From Sphingobacteriia bacterium (GTDB lineage: Bacteria > Bacteroidota > Bacteroidia > Chitinophagales > Chitinophagaceae): a stretch of DNA of 64,000 nucleotides. Below the pieces are notes generated by a model. It searched no databases and had not been told where the DNA came from. It saw only the letters and a program-made list of their open reading frames with translations. The translations under genes and the position numbers were made by a program. This document shows positions 1-8,914 of the stretch, piece after piece. The stretch lies in assembly GCA_031422175.1 (NCBI GenBank), contig JANOQC010000116.1, forward strand, positions 2,932-66,931. Reading direction: 5' to 3'. Position 1 is the first letter of the stretch. Each line of letters opens with the position of its first letter.

Positions 1-133
1 TTTCAACCCTTTGAACTAAGCTATACTCAATATCTGCAGCATTTGCTAGTCCATGAATGCTTAACTGTTTCTCTTTTCTTAATTGAGTAATTCGGCCAGC
101 CAATTTTAACAAAATTGTATCCTTGTGAATCAT
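1..133 (-). CDS. XRE/Cro-type helix-turn-helix transcriptional regulator (partial; C-terminus is off the window)
   Basis: Not in the ORF track because it runs off the edge. Reverse-strand translation from the ATG (complement 131-133) gives MIHKDTILLKLAGRITQLRKEKQLSIHGLANAADIEYSLVQRVE, a typical XRE HTH N-terminus. Confidence 0.6.
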   Translation of the reverse strand, partial: MIHKDTILLKLAGRITQLRKEKQLSIHGLANAADIEYSLVQRVE

Positions 134-163
134 AAGTACAAGGTCAATTGATTGGTCAAACCC

Positions 164-187
164 ATTGGCGTATGAATATACGCCAAT
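164..187. promoter_or_regulatory. Perfect 10-bp inverted repeat ATTGGCGTAT-gaat-ATACGCCAAT; candidate operator or hairpin
   Basis: Read directly from the sequence. It lies 31 nt upstream of the partial XRE gene start, in the divergent intergenic region. Confidence 0.35.
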
Positions 188-324
188 CATAAATTTATAT
201 TACATTGCATTAATCAATTGAACGCAGCAATTCTTAAAACCAAATAATTAAACAATGATTTCTATTCACACAAAACATTGGATTTTATACTCACTAATTA
301 TGCAAATAATTAAAATAAAATTAT

Positions 325-1308
325 CTAATTAGAGATATAGGCTAGAACAAATTCCAAGGTTCTTTTTTCAGCCCAGGTAAACTCACTCCCCTTAACCATA
401 AATCCACAATGGCCTCCTTGATCTGGCATTTCTAAAAAGAGGTTCGGATTTGATTGAGCTACTTCTATTGGCATGCAATTGGGTAATAAAAATGGATCGT
501 TTACCGCCTGAACAATTAAGGAAGGAATTGCAAGGTTTTTTAAATACGGACCAACACTTGCTTTTTCGTAAAAGTCTAATGCGTTTTCATAGCCATGCAA
601 TGGGGCTGTATAACGATTATCAAAGCTTATAAAATCATCAATATCATCGAATCCATCAGCATTAATCAAATTTGGAAAAAGTGCTGCTTTGATTTTTATT
701 TTAACACCTAGTTTTTTTAAAAATCTTTTTCTATAAACAGCATTTTGTTTGGTAGTTAATGCATCTACACTTCCCTTTAAACTACATGGAACCGAAAAAC
801 CAATAGCTGTTTTTATTTGCACTGGTACTTGAAACGGATCTTCTGCTATTGCTCTGAATGTTAAACTTCCTCCCATACTAAAGCCTATCAAAATAATTTC
901 ATCATACCCGAAAGTATTAATTGCATGATCAATAACAAAGCGTAAATCATTGGCATCTCCATGATGATAAAATCTTGGCAATCTATTAATTTCTCCACTA
1001 CAACTTCTGCAATTCCATCCCAACGCATCAAATCCATTTGTTGAAAATAACTTTGCCATACCAGTAACATAATGCCTGGTTGAATCTCCTTCTAAACCAT
1101 GAGTAATTATAGCCAATCTATGATTAGATTTTTTTGGCGAAGACCAATCTAAATCTACAAAATCTCCATCAGGTAATTCTAATCTTTCTCTTCGGGCATA
1201 GTTGAATTTAACTTTCCGAAATAGGCTAGGGTAAATACTTTGAATATGCCCATTAAATTGCCAAAATGGAGGATATAAATTAGGCTTAGGTAAAACGGGC
1301 ATATACAA
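325..1308 (-). CDS. alpha/beta-fold hydrolase (YheT-like)
   Basis: 327-aa ORF with nucleophile elbow GFSMGG and C-terminal GGHCGF His. The overall layout resembles YheT/ABHD-type hydrolases. Confidence 0.75.
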   Translation of the reverse strand: MYMPVLPKPNLYPPFWQFNGHIQSIYPSLFRKVKFNYARRERLELPDGDFVDLDWSSPKKSNHRLAIITHGLEGDSTRHYVTGMAKLFSTNGFDALGWNCRSCSGEINRLPRFYHHGDANDLRFVIDHAINTFGYDEIILIGFSMGGSLTFRAIAEDPFQVPVQIKTAIGFSVPCSLKGSVDALTTKQNAVYRKRFLKKLGVKIKIKAALFPNLINADGFDDIDDFISFDNRYTAPLHGYENALDFYEKASVGPYLKNLAIPSLIVQAVNDPFLLPNCMPIEVAQSNPNLFLEMPDQGGHCGFMVKGSEFTWAEKRTLEFVLAYISN

Positions 1309-1355
1309 ACATATTTACAAATGTAGGGTATCGCAAATTTTTCTATCTTCAAACT

Positions 1356-2453
1356 ATGACTACATCCAAATACTTGAAATATTTTAATGTTTTATCGATG
1401 TTCGATACCAAAAGAACAAGAGATATATTTAAAATAAATCCTACCATACCAACATGTAGAATTGAAGCGGATGAAATTCATGTAGATGTTTTTGATTATA
1501 ATCCAAGTTATTTAGAAGAAACCAAACTTTCTGAAATTGAATCTAGTTTTACATATAAAGAAAACAACAATATAAGTTGGATAAATATTGGTGGAATTAG
1601 AAAAAGAGATCTTGAGGTATTGTGTAATCATTTTGATGTGCACTATTTAATATTGGAAGATATTTTAAGTATCAATCAACGTCCTAAAATGGACGAAATG
1701 GAGCCAGTCTTGTATTGTTTACTCAATATGCTTTATTTTAATGATGCTATTGGTACAGTTGAAACTGAACAAGTTAGTATTGTATTGGGCAAAAATTTTG
1801 TGTTGTCTATTCAAGAAGATTCAAATAGAGATGTATTTAATCCAATAAGGGATAAATTGCGCGCTGCAAACAGTAAACTACGTGTTAGCGGTGCAGATTA
1901 TTTATGTTATGCTTTATTAGATATGATTGTAGATAATTATTATCTAGTGATGGAAAAAATTGGAGAACGTATAGAATTTTTAGAAGATCGCATTATAAGA
2001 AGTAGCAATAAAAGATCTTTGGCAGAAATCAACGCACTTAGAAAAGAATTGATTGTACTTAAACGAAACGTAAGTCCAGTAAGGGATTTGGTCAATGGGT
2101 TTTTACGAACCGACAGCAATTTAATAGAAGATAAAACCACCAAGTATTTTAAAGATATTTACGATCATATCATCCAAGCAAATGACTTAGCAGAAAGTTA
2201 TAGAGATATGATGATTAACTTACAAGATTTATATTTGAGTAATGTGAATTTAAAAATGAACGAAGTAATGAAAGTGATGGCAATAGTAACTTGTTTACTT
2301 GCTCCTGCTACCGTTATAGGAGGTATATTCGGAATGAATTTTGACAAACTACCCTATATACACAATGAATATGGATTTTACATTGCTGCTACTTTGATGA
2401 TTTCAGCACCAATCATTATGGTATTTATATTTAGAAAAAGAGGATGGTTCTAG
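1356..2453 (+). CDS. corA: magnesium/cobalt transporter CorA
   Basis: 365 aa. The signature GMNF (GGIFGMNFDKLP) sits between two C-terminal TM helices, preceded by a long cytoplasmic N-domain. Confidence 0.9.
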   Translation: MTTSKYLKYFNVLSMFDTKRTRDIFKINPTIPTCRIEADEIHVDVFDYNPSYLEETKLSEIESSFTYKENNNISWINIGGIRKRDLEVLCNHFDVHYLILEDILSINQRPKMDEMEPVLYCLLNMLYFNDAIGTVETEQVSIVLGKNFVLSIQEDSNRDVFNPIRDKLRAANSKLRVSGADYLCYALLDMIVDNYYLVMEKIGERIEFLEDRIIRSSNKRSLAEINALRKELIVLKRNVSPVRDLVNGFLRTDSNLIEDKTTKYFKDIYDHIIQANDLAESYRDMMINLQDLYLSNVNLKMNEVMKVMAIVTCLLAPATVIGGIFGMNFDKLPYIHNEYGFYIAATLMISAPIIMVFIFRKRGWF

Positions 2454-2463
2454 TAAAAAGAAA

Positions 2464-2856
2464 TCAATGATTACAATCATCTGAATGAGCATGATTGTGC
2501 TTTCGACACATCCGAAAATTTAAAACATGCGCAGCTATAATAAATAGTACTGAAGGCACTAAAAGTATAAAGCGCCAATCATGAAAACTTACTTTTGCTA
2601 TAAGTAGTACAATTCCTGTACTAAATAATAATAAAGGCAACCAACTATGGTGGTGTTTTTTGAAACCATGAAATAAAGCATATACACCCACTATAAATGC
2701 AAGTCCAATCATAAAATACTCAAAACGGAGATTTTCGATAATATTTACCCCAAATAAAGGGAGGCTGCTTAAAAACAATGGTAAAATGGCACAATGTATA
2801 GCGCAAGCTACAGAAGCAGTAATACCCAAAGCGTCCCAATTGATTTTTATACTCAT
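2464..2856 (-). CDS. MerC-domain membrane protein
   Basis: Four hydrophobic segments, an AIHCAILPLF motif and a His/Cys-rich tail (HNHAHSDDCNH). The likely start is the internal ATG (MSIKINWD) rather than the ORF-track start at 2886. Confidence 0.65.
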   Translation of the reverse strand: MSIKINWDALGITASVACAIHCAILPLFLSSLPLFGVNIIENLRFEYFMIGLAFIVGVYALFHGFKKHHHSWLPLLLFSTGIVLLIAKVSFHDWRFILLVPSVLFIIAAHVLNFRMCRKHNHAHSDDCNH

Positions 2857-2937
2857 CAGTCGGTAAAAATACAACAGTGCAACCATGTTGCAAAATAATT
2901 GTAGATTCGCTTGTACATTTGCACTTTATAAGAAGAT

Positions 2938-3594
2938 ATGAGTAAGAAATTATTGTTTTATTTAGGCTTTTTTACGGTTTTAGTGCTGGCTTTTTATTTT
3001 TTCCTTTTTAGAGGAAATGATATGTGGAAGAAAAAATTAGCAATCATAAGTTATGTTAAACCATTTCGATTCAATAATCAAAATGGCCTTCCTGTTACCG
3101 ATAAAGACATGATGGGAAAAGTAACTGTTGTAGAATATTTTTTTACAACATGTAGAGGTATTTGTCCAAAAATGAATACCAATATGAAGGGTATTTATGA
3201 AACATTCAAAAGTGATCCCAATTTTATGATTTTATCACATACCTGTAATCCAGAAACAGACTCAGTTAATGTATTAAAAAGATATGCTGATTCATTAAAA
3301 GTAAACACCAATTCATGGGTTTTTGTTACTGGAAGAAAAGACAGCTTGTATAAAATGGCTAGAAACTCCTATTTATTAGACGATCCAAAAAATAGTTTTG
3401 AAAAAATAGAGGACCAATTTATACATACACAATTTTTTGCTTTGGTTGATAAAGATGGAAGAGTTCGTTCACAGATTTATGATGGATTAAAAAAAGAGGA
3501 AATAGAAAAACTCAAAAAAGACATTAGTATATTATTAATAGAAAAATCATCAACCGGAAATTTTGTTAATGGAATTTTTAGTAATAATCCTTAA
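2938..3594 (+). CDS. SCO1/SenC family copper chaperone / thiol-disulfide protein
   Basis: N-terminal TM anchor, CxxxC motif (CRGICPKM) and a downstream conserved His (FIHTQFF). Confidence 0.8.
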   Translation: MSKKLLFYLGFFTVLVLAFYFFLFRGNDMWKKKLAIISYVKPFRFNNQNGLPVTDKDMMGKVTVVEYFFTTCRGICPKMNTNMKGIYETFKSDPNFMILSHTCNPETDSVNVLKRYADSLKVNTNSWVFVTGRKDSLYKMARNSYLLDDPKNSFEKIEDQFIHTQFFALVDKDGRVRSQIYDGLKKEEIEKLKKDISILLIEKSSTGNFVNGIFSNNP

Positions 3595-3605
3595 GCAAAA
3601 CAGTC

Positions 3606-4025
3606 ATGCAGAATAGCATTACAGACACTTTAAAGAAACACCAACTGAGTATTACCGATTCCAGAAAGAAAATATTATCCCTTTTTCTTGAATCAAGAAG
3701 TGCTTTAGCACACGCAGATATTGAATTAAAAACAAGTACCGAATTTGATCGGGTAACAATTTACAGAACGCTTCAAACATTTGTTGAGAAAGGAATTATT
3801 CATACCATTCCAACAGCAGATAATTCCATTTTATATGCTTTATGTAAAGATGATTGCGTTGCTGGTCATCACCACGATGACCATGTACATTTTATTTGTG
3901 ATGAATGTAACAGCACTTATTGTTTAGATCATATCTCTATCCCAAAAGTTAAATTACCAAAGGGTTTTACAACCGTTCAAACCAATTTAGTTGTTAGTGG
4001 AGTATGTAATAAATGTGAACAATGA
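3606..4025 (+). CDS. Fur family transcriptional repressor
   Basis: 139 aa with a winged-helix N-domain (RKKILSLF...RVTIYRTLQTF), a His cluster HHHDDHVHF and CxxC pairs (CDEC, CNKC). Confidence 0.85.
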   Translation: MQNSITDTLKKHQLSITDSRKKILSLFLESRSALAHADIELKTSTEFDRVTIYRTLQTFVEKGIIHTIPTADNSILYALCKDDCVAGHHHDDHVHFICDECNSTYCLDHISIPKVKLPKGFTTVQTNLVVSGVCNKCEQ

Positions 4026-4999
4026 TTTTAGTAACAGGGGCATCCGGACTGGTTGGATCTCATCTGATTCAACAACTCATTCTAAATGGAGAGAATGTTC
4101 GTGCGTTATACCGAAAAGAAATTCCATCTAATAATTATGGTGAAAATGTAGATTGGGTAAAGGGGGATATTCTAGATATTCTTTCATTAGAAGATGCTAT
4201 GCAGCATATACAACAAGTATATCATTGTGCTGCTGTAGTTTCCTTTAACCCAAACAAAAGGTCTAGTCTTCAAAAAACAAATATAGAAGGTACTGCCAAT
4301 ATAGTAAATGCATGCATAAACAAAGGCGTAAAAAAATTATTGTTTGTAAGTTCTGTAGCAGCCCTTGGAAGAATTAGAGAAGACAAACCAATTGATGAAT
4401 CAATGAACTGGACACCCGAAACCAGTAATAGCGAATACGGAAAAACAAAATACATGGCCGAACTAGAAGTGTGGCGTGGTATGGGCGAAGGTTTGGATGT
4501 TACTGTTGTAAACCCTGTAATTATATTGGGGTCTGGAGATTGGACTAGTGGATCTTCTGCTATTTTTAAGTCCGCTTATGATGAATTTCCTTGGTACACC
4601 AGTGGCATGAGTGGTTTTGTAGATGTTAAAGATGTAGTTAACGCCATGATTGCTATTATGCAATCTGGTGTTTCTGGAAAACGATTTATTATTAGTGGAT
4701 CGAATGCCTATTACAAAGATGTTTTTGCCATTATGGCTAAATATTTTCAGAAAAAAGTTGCACATAAAAAAGTTACCCCTTTTTTAGCGGGTATTGTTTG
4801 GAGATTTGAAGCAATCAAAGCAATATTTACAGGCAAAGACCCATTGCTTACCAAAGAAACGGCGAAAACAGCTCAGGCTTGTGTTCGATTTAACAACTCT
4901 AAATTGCTGGAGTATTTTCCAGATTTTAACTACACCGATTTAGAAAAATCTATTGAGAGAATCTGTGAAGAATTGAAATTAAAATATAACTTGCCTTAA
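4022..4999 (+). CDS. NAD-dependent epimerase/dehydratase family (extended SDR) protein
   Basis: N-terminal Rossmann motif VTGASGLVGSHL and a YxxxK (YGKTK). Its start overlaps the Fur gene stop (ATGA). Confidence 0.8.
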   Translation: MILVTGASGLVGSHLIQQLILNGENVRALYRKEIPSNNYGENVDWVKGDILDILSLEDAMQHIQQVYHCAAVVSFNPNKRSSLQKTNIEGTANIVNACINKGVKKLLFVSSVAALGRIREDKPIDESMNWTPETSNSEYGKTKYMAELEVWRGMGEGLDVTVVNPVIILGSGDWTSGSSAIFKSAYDEFPWYTSGMSGFVDVKDVVNAMIAIMQSGVSGKRFIISGSNAYYKDVFAIMAKYFQKKVAHKKVTPFLAGIVWRFEAIKAIFTGKDPLLTKETAKTAQACVRFNNSKLLEYFPDFNYTDLEKSIERICEELKLKYNLP

Positions 5000-5013
5000 T
5001 TCATTTTTAAGCA

Positions 5014-5355
5014 TTGAAATTTTTTATCTCGATATTATTATCCTTTTCTTTATACGCCCCATCAATCGCTAAACTGATGGCATATGCAGATTGTTCAATT
5101 CAAGTGCTATCAAATAGCGAACCCTTATTGTGTGATTGTATTAAAATTATTGCACTAGATCAGGTTCCAATGTCGGCTGATGAAAGTAACCAACAACAAA
5201 AGATAGCACTGCAAACCGATTGGAAATTTACTGTAGTTAGCCCATACAATTTACCGCAAAAAGTAGTTTTTAATACTATACATATTAGTCAATTTTGCTT
5301 GGCGAAAGTTCCAGCTAAAAGAGCCGAATCAATTTTTCATCCGCCTTCATGTTAA
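5014..5355 (+). CDS. hypothetical small Cys-rich protein with N-terminal hydrophobic segment
   Basis: 113-aa ORF with a TTG start and 6 Cys (ADC, CDC, FC, PPSC). No family recognised with confidence. It sits inside the metal/redox cluster. Confidence 0.35.
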   Translation: MKFFISILLSFSLYAPSIAKLMAYADCSIQVLSNSEPLLCDCIKIIALDQVPMSADESNQQQKIALQTDWKFTVVSPYNLPQKVVFNTIHISQFCLAKVPAKRAESIFHPPSC

Positions 5356-5400
5356 TGGTTATTTCATGCAAAATAATTCTTAAACCATTAAACTTAGTAC

Positions 5401-5976
5401 ATGAAAAAAATATTCATGATTGCTGCTGTATTCGTTTTTACAGTAGGCAATACAATTGTTTTTGCACAAATAAAAACGCCAATAATCAATCAAGAAATAA
5501 TTACCGAAAATGGGCAAGCGATGCTGTTAGGTCATTGTTCTATTTCATCTTTAAAAAAAGAACCTTATTCCACTTGGTTCAATTCGAATTTTGATAATTA
5601 TGTCATAGATAGTGCTACCATCGAACAGATAAAGCCACTTCTCAAAAAAAAGAAAATGGATTTATTTATGGGAACTTGGTGTGGCGATAGTAAATATGAG
5701 GTTCCGAGAATTATTAAAATTTTGTTGGCAGCAGGTATGGATACAGTTCATTTATCTATTATAGCTGTTGGTAATGGTGTTGATATGTATAAAAAAAGTC
5801 CTCAAGGAGAAGAAGCGGGTTTGAATATTATGCGGGTACCCACTTTGATTGTGTATGAAAAGAAGAAAGAAATTGGGAGATTTATAGAATACCCAGTTGT
5901 TTCTACCGAAAAAGACCTGTTGAGAATTTTAAAAAAAGATGGATATATCCCTAATTATGCCAATTTGAAGGAATAA
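5401..5976 (+). CDS. thioredoxin-fold protein (monothiol WCGDS type), secreted
   Basis: Signal peptide MKKIFMIAAVFVFTVGNTIVFAQ. The thioredoxin-like motif GTWCGDS has Ser in place of the second Cys. Confidence 0.7.
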   Translation: MKKIFMIAAVFVFTVGNTIVFAQIKTPIINQEIITENGQAMLLGHCSISSLKKEPYSTWFNSNFDNYVIDSATIEQIKPLLKKKKMDLFMGTWCGDSKYEVPRIIKILLAAGMDTVHLSIIAVGNGVDMYKKSPQGEEAGLNIMRVPTLIVYEKKKEIGRFIEYPVVSTEKDLLRILKKDGYIPNYANLKE

Positions 5977-6924
5977 TTAAGGTGCCATTATTTTTTTCCA
6001 TAATAATGGTATGCGTTTAATCCATACGAGTTCCCTCCTTTTTTCAGCAGCTTCTAAAGCAGGATAACCAAAATAGGTTTTCCCACCAGCTAAAGAGGAG
6101 GGGACTCCACTTTTTCCCAATACTATAGCGTTGGCTCCGATTGTGAGGGTTTTGCCAACCCCAACCTGACCCCATAAAGTAACCCCAGCTTCAATTATTG
6201 TTCCTCCTGCTATTCCAACCTGGGCAGCAAAAAGGCAGTTTTTTCCTACAGTAACGTCGTGTCCAATATGCACCATATTATCCATTTTGGTGCCTTTTCC
6301 AATTCTGGTTTCGGCAGTTACGCCTCTGTCTATCATACAACCAGTTCCTATTTCAACCCAGTCTTCTATAACTACATTGCCACAACTCAACATTTTTTTG
6401 TACCAGAGGTCTCTGTTTTTTTTTGTGTTATAATAAAATGCATCACCCCCTAAAACAGTTCCTGATTGTATAATTACATGATCGCCAATAATGGTACAAT
6501 CCAGTAAAGTAACATTTGGATAAATTATACAATTTTTTCCAATGACTACCTCTTTACCAATAAAAACATTGGGCATAATTACAGTGCCTTCTCCAATAAT
6601 TACATCATCACTAATTGATTGTTGAGCTGCAGAAAAAGGACGAAAATGTTGTACAATTTTTAAATAAGCATTAAATGGGTCTGTTACTATAAAGATTGTT
6701 TTCCCTTCAGGAATAATTACGGCTTTCGTGTTTATGATAATAAAATCGGCTAGGCTTTTTAAACAGGTATCATAATATTTTGGATGATCAACAAATACCA
6801 AATCGCCTGACTCAACTTTGTGAATTTCATTTATTCCAAGTATCATTGAATTGGTATTTCCAACAACTTCTGCTTGTATCAAGTTTGCAAGCCAATTAAC
6901 CGAAACGGGAGATGGAAACTTCAT
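5977..6924 (-). CDS. lpxD: UDP-3-O-acylglucosamine N-acyltransferase
   Basis: Left-handed beta-helix hexapeptide repeats throughout, an MVHIGHDV catalytic His region and an LpxD-type N-terminal domain. Confidence 0.85.
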   Translation of the reverse strand: MKFPSPVSVNWLANLIQAEVVGNTNSMILGINEIHKVESGDLVFVDHPKYYDTCLKSLADFIIINTKAVIIPEGKTIFIVTDPFNAYLKIVQHFRPFSAAQQSISDDVIIGEGTVIMPNVFIGKEVVIGKNCIIYPNVTLLDCTIIGDHVIIQSGTVLGGDAFYYNTKKNRDLWYKKMLSCGNVVIEDWVEIGTGCMIDRGVTAETRIGKGTKMDNMVHIGHDVTVGKNCLFAAQVGIAGGTIIEAGVTLWGQVGVGKTLTIGANAIVLGKSGVPSSLAGGKTYFGYPALEAAEKRRELVWIKRIPLLWKKIMAP

Positions 6925-7216
6925 TTGAGTCGTTTTTAGCTGGTTTAAAGGTAATAATACAAAAAAATTTCAGAATTTATTTTATTTTAAAACAAATAAA
7001 CAAATAAAAAGTTACGGCAATTGTTTATAAAAAAAGGAATCATCATTAGTGAAGCAATTACTAGTTTAAGAATAAATAAATCTTCTGTAATTCTTATAAA
7101 CAAAGGGATTCAGGGGATAATTATAAATTAGGTAAGTGTTTTAATTTTAAAATAAATGTTTTATTAAACACAATCCCATCTTTAAAATTTGCTTGAAATT
7201 CACATCGGCAACTAAA

Positions 7217-7279
7217 ATGTTAATAAAATTGTTTAAAATAATTTTTGCATTGGTTAAAAGTATTTTTAATATTGTGTAA
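7217..7279 (+). CDS. candidate 20-aa amphipathic mini-ORF (MLIKLFKIIFALVKSIFNIV)
   Basis: ATG..TAA read directly from the sequence. It is followed by hairpin GGAAAC-tt-GTTTCC (7280-7293) and a strong terminator (7320-7351). AT-rich DNA can produce such ORFs by chance. Confidence 0.2.
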   Translation: MLIKLFKIIFALVKSIFNIV

Positions 7280-7319
7280 GGAAACTTGTTTCCTAGTACT
7301 TACTAACCCATCTATATAC

Positions 7320-7351
7320 AAAGTCTCGCTTCTGCGAGACTTTTGTTTTTG
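7320..7351 (+). terminator. Rho-independent terminator-like hairpin just upstream of lysS
   Basis: Perfect 9-bp stem AAGTCTCGC-ttct-GCGAGACTT followed by TTTTGTTTTTG. Confidence 0.7.
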
Positions 7352-7374
7352 TAGAACACAACCTCGAAATTATT

Positions 7375-8901
7375 ATGAGTCAAGTACATTTTTCAGAGCA
7401 AGAATTAATCCGAAGAGAGAAACTTGCCAAGTTACAAGCTGCAGGAATTGATCCATTTCCTGCTCCGCTTTATCCAGTGAATATTTTTTCGGTAGAAATA
7501 AAAAATAAGTACTCCGAAGAAACAAAAGATCAGTTGATCAATTTGTGTGTTGCCGGAAGAGTAATGAGTATTAATGATAAGGGAAAAGTTTTCTTTATTA
7601 AAATACAGGATAGTAAAGGAATTATACAATTGTATGTGAAGAGAGATGATATCTGCCCAACGGAAGACAAAACTTTTTTTGATGATGTTGTAAAACATGG
7701 ATTGGATTTAGGAGACATAATTGGTTGCACAGGATATGCTTTTGTAACCAAAACAGGGGAAACTTCTATTCACGCTCAAACCATCACCCTCTTAACAAAA
7801 TCGCTCAAACCACTTCCTGTAGTAAAAAGAGATGAGGAAGGAAATACATTCGATGCAGTTACTGATCCAGAATTTAGGTATCGCCAACGATATGCCGACT
7901 TAATTGTAAATCCTGAAGTAAAAGACGTTTTTGTAAAAAGGGCTACTATAATTAATACTATTAGAGAATTTCTCAATAACCAAGGTGCTTTAGAGGTGGA
8001 TACCCCTGTTTTACAAACAATTCCGGGTGGTGCTGCCGCAAGACCATTTAGTACTCACCACAATGCCTTAGATGTACCTTTCTACCTTAGAATTGCCAAT
8101 GAGCTCTATTTGAAGCGCTTGATTGTTGGTGGATTCGATTGGGTATATGAATTCAGTAGAAATTTCCGCAACGAAGGAATGGACAGAACCCATAATCCTG
8201 AATTTACAGTGTTAGAATGGTACACTGCCTACAAAGATTATATATGGATGATGGAAATCACCGAGCAGTTAATAGAAAAAATCGCCATTACACTTCACGG
8301 AACAACCGATGTGGTGTTGGGAGATAAAACCATCAGTTTTAAAGCGCCATTTAAACGCATCAGTATTCATGATGCCATAAAAGAGAATACTGGAATTGAT
8401 GTTGGTGATATGGATGAAATTGGTTTAAGGGATGTTTGTAAACAACTCAAAATTGACGTTCCTCAAACGATTGGTAAGGGTAAATTAATTGATGAAATTT
8501 TCGGTGCAACCAGCGAACATACTTATGTTCAACCTACTTTTATAATTGACTATCCGGTAGAAATGAGTCCGCTTACTAAAAAGCATCGCAGCAAACCAGG
8601 ATTGGTTGAGCGTTTTGAATTGATGGTGAACGGAAAAGAATTAGCGAATGCTTATACAGAGTTAAATGATCCAATTGATCAACGCGAACGTTTTGAAGAG
8701 CAAGTGAAATTAATGGAACGCGGAGATGATGAAGCCATGTTTATTGACTATGACTTTTTGAGGGCACTTGAATATGGAATGCCGCCTACATCTGGAATTG
8801 GAATCGGAATTGATCGCTTGTGTATGATGATGACCAATCAAGTATCTATACAAGATGTATTGCTGTTTCCTCAAATGCGCCCAGAGCGCTGGGAGGAATA
8901 G
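7375..8901 (+). CDS. lysS: lysine--tRNA ligase (class II)
   Basis: 508 aa with an OB anticodon-binding N-domain, motif 2 FRNEGMDRTHNPEFT and motif 3 GIGIGIDRL. Confidence 0.95.
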   Translation: MSQVHFSEQELIRREKLAKLQAAGIDPFPAPLYPVNIFSVEIKNKYSEETKDQLINLCVAGRVMSINDKGKVFFIKIQDSKGIIQLYVKRDDICPTEDKTFFDDVVKHGLDLGDIIGCTGYAFVTKTGETSIHAQTITLLTKSLKPLPVVKRDEEGNTFDAVTDPEFRYRQRYADLIVNPEVKDVFVKRATIINTIREFLNNQGALEVDTPVLQTIPGGAAARPFSTHHNALDVPFYLRIANELYLKRLIVGGFDWVYEFSRNFRNEGMDRTHNPEFTVLEWYTAYKDYIWMMEITEQLIEKIAITLHGTTDVVLGDKTISFKAPFKRISIHDAIKENTGIDVGDMDEIGLRDVCKQLKIDVPQTIGKGKLIDEIFGATSEHTYVQPTFIIDYPVEMSPLTKKHRSKPGLVERFELMVNGKELANAYTELNDPIDQRERFEEQVKLMERGDDEAMFIDYDFLRALEYGMPPTSGIGIGIDRLCMMMTNQVSIQDVLLFPQMRPERWEE

Positions 8902-8914
8902 GTAAGTTATAGAT

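Noticed and set aside
4270-4765. Antisense ORFs inside the SDR gene. Similar cases include 450-632, 888-1070, 1940-2143, 7432-7976, 14017-14217, 20180-20494, 21489-22186, 24816-25116, 27782-28564, 37416-37712, 39398-39914, 40303-41486, 42600-42848, 47252-47560, 48428-49300, 49995-50369, 53090-53281, 54353-54535, 56186-56605, 58342-58972, 59777-61135, 62032-62408 and 63783-63980.
   Set aside because: Every one overlaps a longer ORF with strong family motifs on the other strand or frame. None shows a recognisable motif.
5349-5594. 81-aa ORF overlapping the thioredoxin-fold gene
   Set aside because: It is an alternative frame of a gene that has a clear signal peptide and thioredoxin motif. Its Cys/Asn-rich, low-complexity translation looks spurious.
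5974-5979. Back-to-back stop codons TAATTA of convergent genes. A 1-nt gap also occurs between the uvrD and GH5-like genes at 18645/18647.
   Set aside because: There is no hairpin or other structure. It appears to be simple genome compaction rather than a regulatory element.
7245-7451. 68-aa plus-strand ORF spanning the lysS upstream region
   Set aside because: It uses a non-ATG start, runs through both hairpins and the terminator, and overlaps the lysS start in another frame. The composition is low-complexity and Cys/Phe-rich, typical of a chance ORF.
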